Positions 61,571 to 64,000 of a stretch of DNA of 64,000 bases are shown here, in pieces. The notes beneath the pieces were generated by a model. The model ran no database searches and was not told the origin of the DNA. It saw only the letters and a list, made by a program, of their open reading frames with translations. Source of the stretch: Polyangiaceae bacterium. GTDB taxonomy: Bacteria; Myxococcota_A; Polyangia; Polyangiales; Polyangiaceae. Position numbers and translations under genes: made by a program. The stretch is from the NCBI GenBank assembly GCA_044222475.1, contig JBGANF010000001.1, forward strand, positions 128,001 through 192,000. Reading direction: 5' to 3'. Every line of letters starts with the position of its first letter. Position 1 is the stretch's first letter.

Positions 61571-62593
61571 ATGCGCAAGCTTCGGGTCGTGTTCACCACC
61601 ATCGGCGCGGTTCCCGCGCTCGCAGTCGCCATCCTGCCGATGATGGAAGGGTGCGGCAGCGAAGTCACCACGACGGCGCTCGACGCGTCGCCGCAGAAGG
61701 ACGCCAAGGTCGACGTCGGGAGCGACGTCGACCCGTTTCCGTCAGATGCCGTCGCCGACGTTCCGACCGTCATCGACTCGGGGCCTCAACCGATCTGCGG
61801 CCCCACGACGACGTTCCTCGTCGACATCCCGCCGCCCGGCGTCGCCGCGGACCCCGGCCAGATCTGCGCCGTCGTGCAGCCGCCGGTGACCAGCAACACG
61901 TCGGCGCGGGTCACGTTGACGGGGTATTCCTCCGCCAAGGAGACGGCCAAGGGTTACATCGCCGTCCCGTCGGCGCTGCTCGCGACGATCGTCGGGCTCC
62001 CGACCGTCACGGTCACGTCCGCCACCATCAGCGGATTCGCGGCGATGCAGGTCGCGAACGTCGCCAAGATCCCCGGCGGCTTCACCTTCGACGCGAGCTG
62101 GCCGAATCAGCTTCCGCACCCGACCGGCGGCGGTCAGATGACGGTCAAGGCGGCGTTCACGGTGAGCTGCAGCGACGGCGGCACGCAGACCGTCGAGTCG
62201 ATCACCAAGGTCGACTTCTGCGTCGACGGAGCCGTCTTCGAGTGGGTCAGCTCCGGCGACACGTGCACGGTCTGCACGGTCATCGCCGAGATGGCGCCGA
62301 GCCCGATCCCGAGCGACAACCAAGGCGACGATCTCGCGCTCGGCCGCGTGATCCGCATTCGCGTGATCGAGGTCGCGCGCGCGGGGCGACAAGTGCTCCT
62401 CTTCGCCGAGAACGACGCCGGCGACCGCGCGGCGTACGAGTGGAGAGTCTCCGGCGGCAAGCTCGACCGCGTCGCCGACGACGTGATGCTCTGGACCATG
62501 CCCGAGGACGGCGGCGCCGATCCGTTCGGACAGGTCGCTGTGTGGAACGACGAAGGCGCCGTCGTCGAGAACTTCCTCTTCGGAGCGGCGTGA
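61571..62593 (+). CDS. Putative lipoprotein associated with radical SAM (candidate substrate)
   Basis: RBS GGAGG; signal peptide ending MEGC; CTVCTVIAEMAPSPIP; C-terminal beta domain YEWRVSGGKL..LWTMP; TGATG coupling to the next gene. Confidence 0.75.
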   Translation: MRKLRVVFTTIGAVPALAVAILPMMEGCGSEVTTTALDASPQKDAKVDVGSDVDPFPSDAVADVPTVIDSGPQPICGPTTTFLVDIPPPGVAADPGQICAVVQPPVTSNTSARVTLTGYSSAKETAKGYIAVPSALLATIVGLPTVTVTSATISGFAAMQVANVAKIPGGFTFDASWPNQLPHPTGGGQMTVKAAFTVSCSDGGTQTVESITKVDFCVDGAVFEWVSSGDTCTVCTVIAEMAPSPIPSDNQGDDLALGRVIRIRVIEVARAGRQVLLFAENDAGDRAAYEWRVSGGKLDRVADDVMLWTMPEDGGADPFGQVAVWNDEGAVVENFLFGAA

Positions 62594-64000
62594 TGGCGAA
62601 GGCGCTCCTCATCGGCCCGATCCAGCAGGAGAACCTCGCGCTCGGCTACCTCGCGGCGTACGCGCGCTCGCGCGGTCACGAGGCGAAGATCATCCCGTAC
62701 GCGTACCGCAAGGACCTCGATCGAACGGTCGAGCAGGCCCTCGCCGAAGAGCCCGACCTCATCGGGCTCGGCATCGCGTTCCAGAACAACATCGACGACT
62801 ACGCGCTCCTCTTGAAGACGCTCCGCGAGCGCGGGTATCGCGGTCACCTCACGTGCGGCGGACACGTCGGCACGTTCTGTTGGGAGGAGCTCCTCCGAGA
62901 CTTGCCCGGCCTCGACACCGTCGTCCGCCACGACGGCGAAGAGACCCTGACCGAGATGCTCGACCAACTCGCGCGCGGCGAGTCGCCGCGCGGCATCCCC
63001 GGGCTCGTGTGGCGCGAGGGCGAGCGCGTCGTCAAAGGGCCGCTCCGCGCGCCGACGCTCGACCTCGACTCCCTCCCTCGCCCGACGCGCTCGGGGGAGC
63101 CCTACGTCGTCGGCGGCATGACGGTCGACTTCCTCATCACCGCGCGCGGCTGCGTCGGCGAGTGCAGCTACTGCAGCATCGCTGCGTACACCGCCGAGCA
63201 GAAGAAGTCGTACCGACTCCGCTCGCCCGAAGCGGTCGCCGACGAGATCGCGTGGGCCTACCACGAGCGGAACGCGCGCGTGTTCTTCGTCCAGGACGAT
63301 CTCTTCGTGCTCCCCGGCGAGCGGCCCGCGGTGGCGCGCATGGACCGCATCAAGAAGGAAATCGCCGCGCGCGGCGTGGGCGACGTGGTGTTCTGGATCA
63401 AGGGCCGCCCCGAGAACATCACCCTCGGCGTCGCGAAGGCGGCGCGCGACATGGGCGCCATCCACATGTTCCTCGGCGTCGAGAACGCGTCGGCGAAACG
63501 CCTGTCGTACCTCGGCCGGACTCACCTGCCGACGCACAACGAGTCGGCGATCGAGAACTGCCGCGCCGCCGGGATCGTGCCGTCGTTCAACTTCATGCTC
63601 TTCGATCCCGACTGCACGCTCGACGACGTGAAGACCACGCTCGACATGGCGGACGAGAACCTCGATCTCCCGTGGAACGTGTGCCGCACCGAGATCTACT
63701 CGGGGACGGCGCTCCGCAAGCGCCTCGCGGACGAAGGGCGGCTGCACGGCGACTGGCGCAGCTGGGGCTACCGCATGCGGGACGAGCGGGCCGAGCTCAT
63801 GTTCCGCATCATGCGCGTCTCGCTCCACGAGCGCGCGCTCGCGATCGACAGCCTCCTCAACCGGCTCATCAGCCTGTCGTTCGCGCGGCAGCTGCACTCG
63901 CACTTCTTTCCCAGCGCCGTCACCGCCGAGATGGACCGCGCGGTCACCGAGGTGGGGGTCGCCGCTCGCAAGGACACCGTCGCGCGCCTGCGCGCGATCC
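62593..64000 (+). CDS. Cobalamin-dependent radical SAM protein 2 (runs off right edge)
   Basis: Not in the ORF track. My translation: MAKALLIGPIQQENLALGYLAAYARSRGH..GGHVGT..DGEETL..ARGCVGECSYC (CX3CX2C)..QDDLF..FLGVEN..NFMLFDP. Confidence 0.93.
   Translation, partial: MAKALLIGPIQQENLALGYLAAYARSRGHEAKIIPYAYRKDLDRTVEQALAEEPDLIGLGIAFQNNIDDYALLLKTLRERGYRGHLTCGGHVGTFCWEELLRDLPGLDTVVRHDGEETLTEMLDQLARGESPRGIPGLVWREGERVVKGPLRAPTLDLDSLPRPTRSGEPYVVGGMTVDFLITARGCVGECSYCSIAAYTAEQKKSYRLRSPEAVADEIAWAYHERNARVFFVQDDLFVLPGERPAVARMDRIKKEIAARGVGDVVFWIKGRPENITLGVAKAARDMGAIHMFLGVENASAKRLSYLGRTHLPTHNESAIENCRAAGIVPSFNFMLFDPDCTLDDVKTTLDMADENLDLPWNVCRTEIYSGTALRKRLADEGRLHGDWRSWGYRMRDERAELMFRIMRVSLHERALAIDSLLNRLISLSFARQLHSHFFPSAVTAEMDRAVTEVGVAARKDTVARLRAI

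Overview
High-GC window, most likely from a myxobacterium (Myxococcota, Polyangiaceae/Labilithrix-like; inferred from Ser/Thr kinase plus TPR/PEGA clusters and Cys-rich-repeat and RCC1 lipoproteins). The backbone holds tRNA-Ile2(CAT), a C4 zinc-ribbon protein, yitJ, rpmE-DUF1385-prfA, TolC, a GpsA-like gene, Nif3, HIT, amine oxidase, a C69 peptidase and an ADPS-like FAD oxidase. Five accessory segments interrupt it. (i) ~10.45-12.05 kb, lower GC: a frameshifted Ig-like lipoprotein, plus an unannotated ~40-aa putative toxin C-terminal tip coupled to a pentapeptide-repeat (probable immunity) gene. (ii) 16.27-17.93 kb: two diverged, frameshifted four-helix-bundle genes tail-to-tail, each with a conserved ~165-nt leader, bracketed by (CCGCTT)n tracts that abut the stop codons of both neighbours. 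(iii) 23.66-24.33 kb: 78-bp inverted REP-like double hairpins around a small zinc-finger cargo. (iv) ~32.3-55 kb: an osmotic/pH-stress island (ClC, four paralogous USPs, GH15, membrane-anchored OtsA, OtsB, MarR, Na+/H+ antiporter, sensor-less kinase, nitrilase+GNAT, NhaR-like LysR, OmpA, DUF389, DUF2156, orphan CzcA/CusA). Three USP-led operons there share an identically spaced TGTC-N8-CGAC-N13-CTTTCG upstream motif. (v) Right end: two B12-dependent radical SAM genes flanking a lipoprotein with a CxxC-xxx-AEMAP segment, a candidate protein-modification system. Many backbone genes have a TANNNT -10 box 6-8 nt before the start codon, suggesting widespread leaderless transcription. All family calls come from motif recognition by eye; no searches were run.
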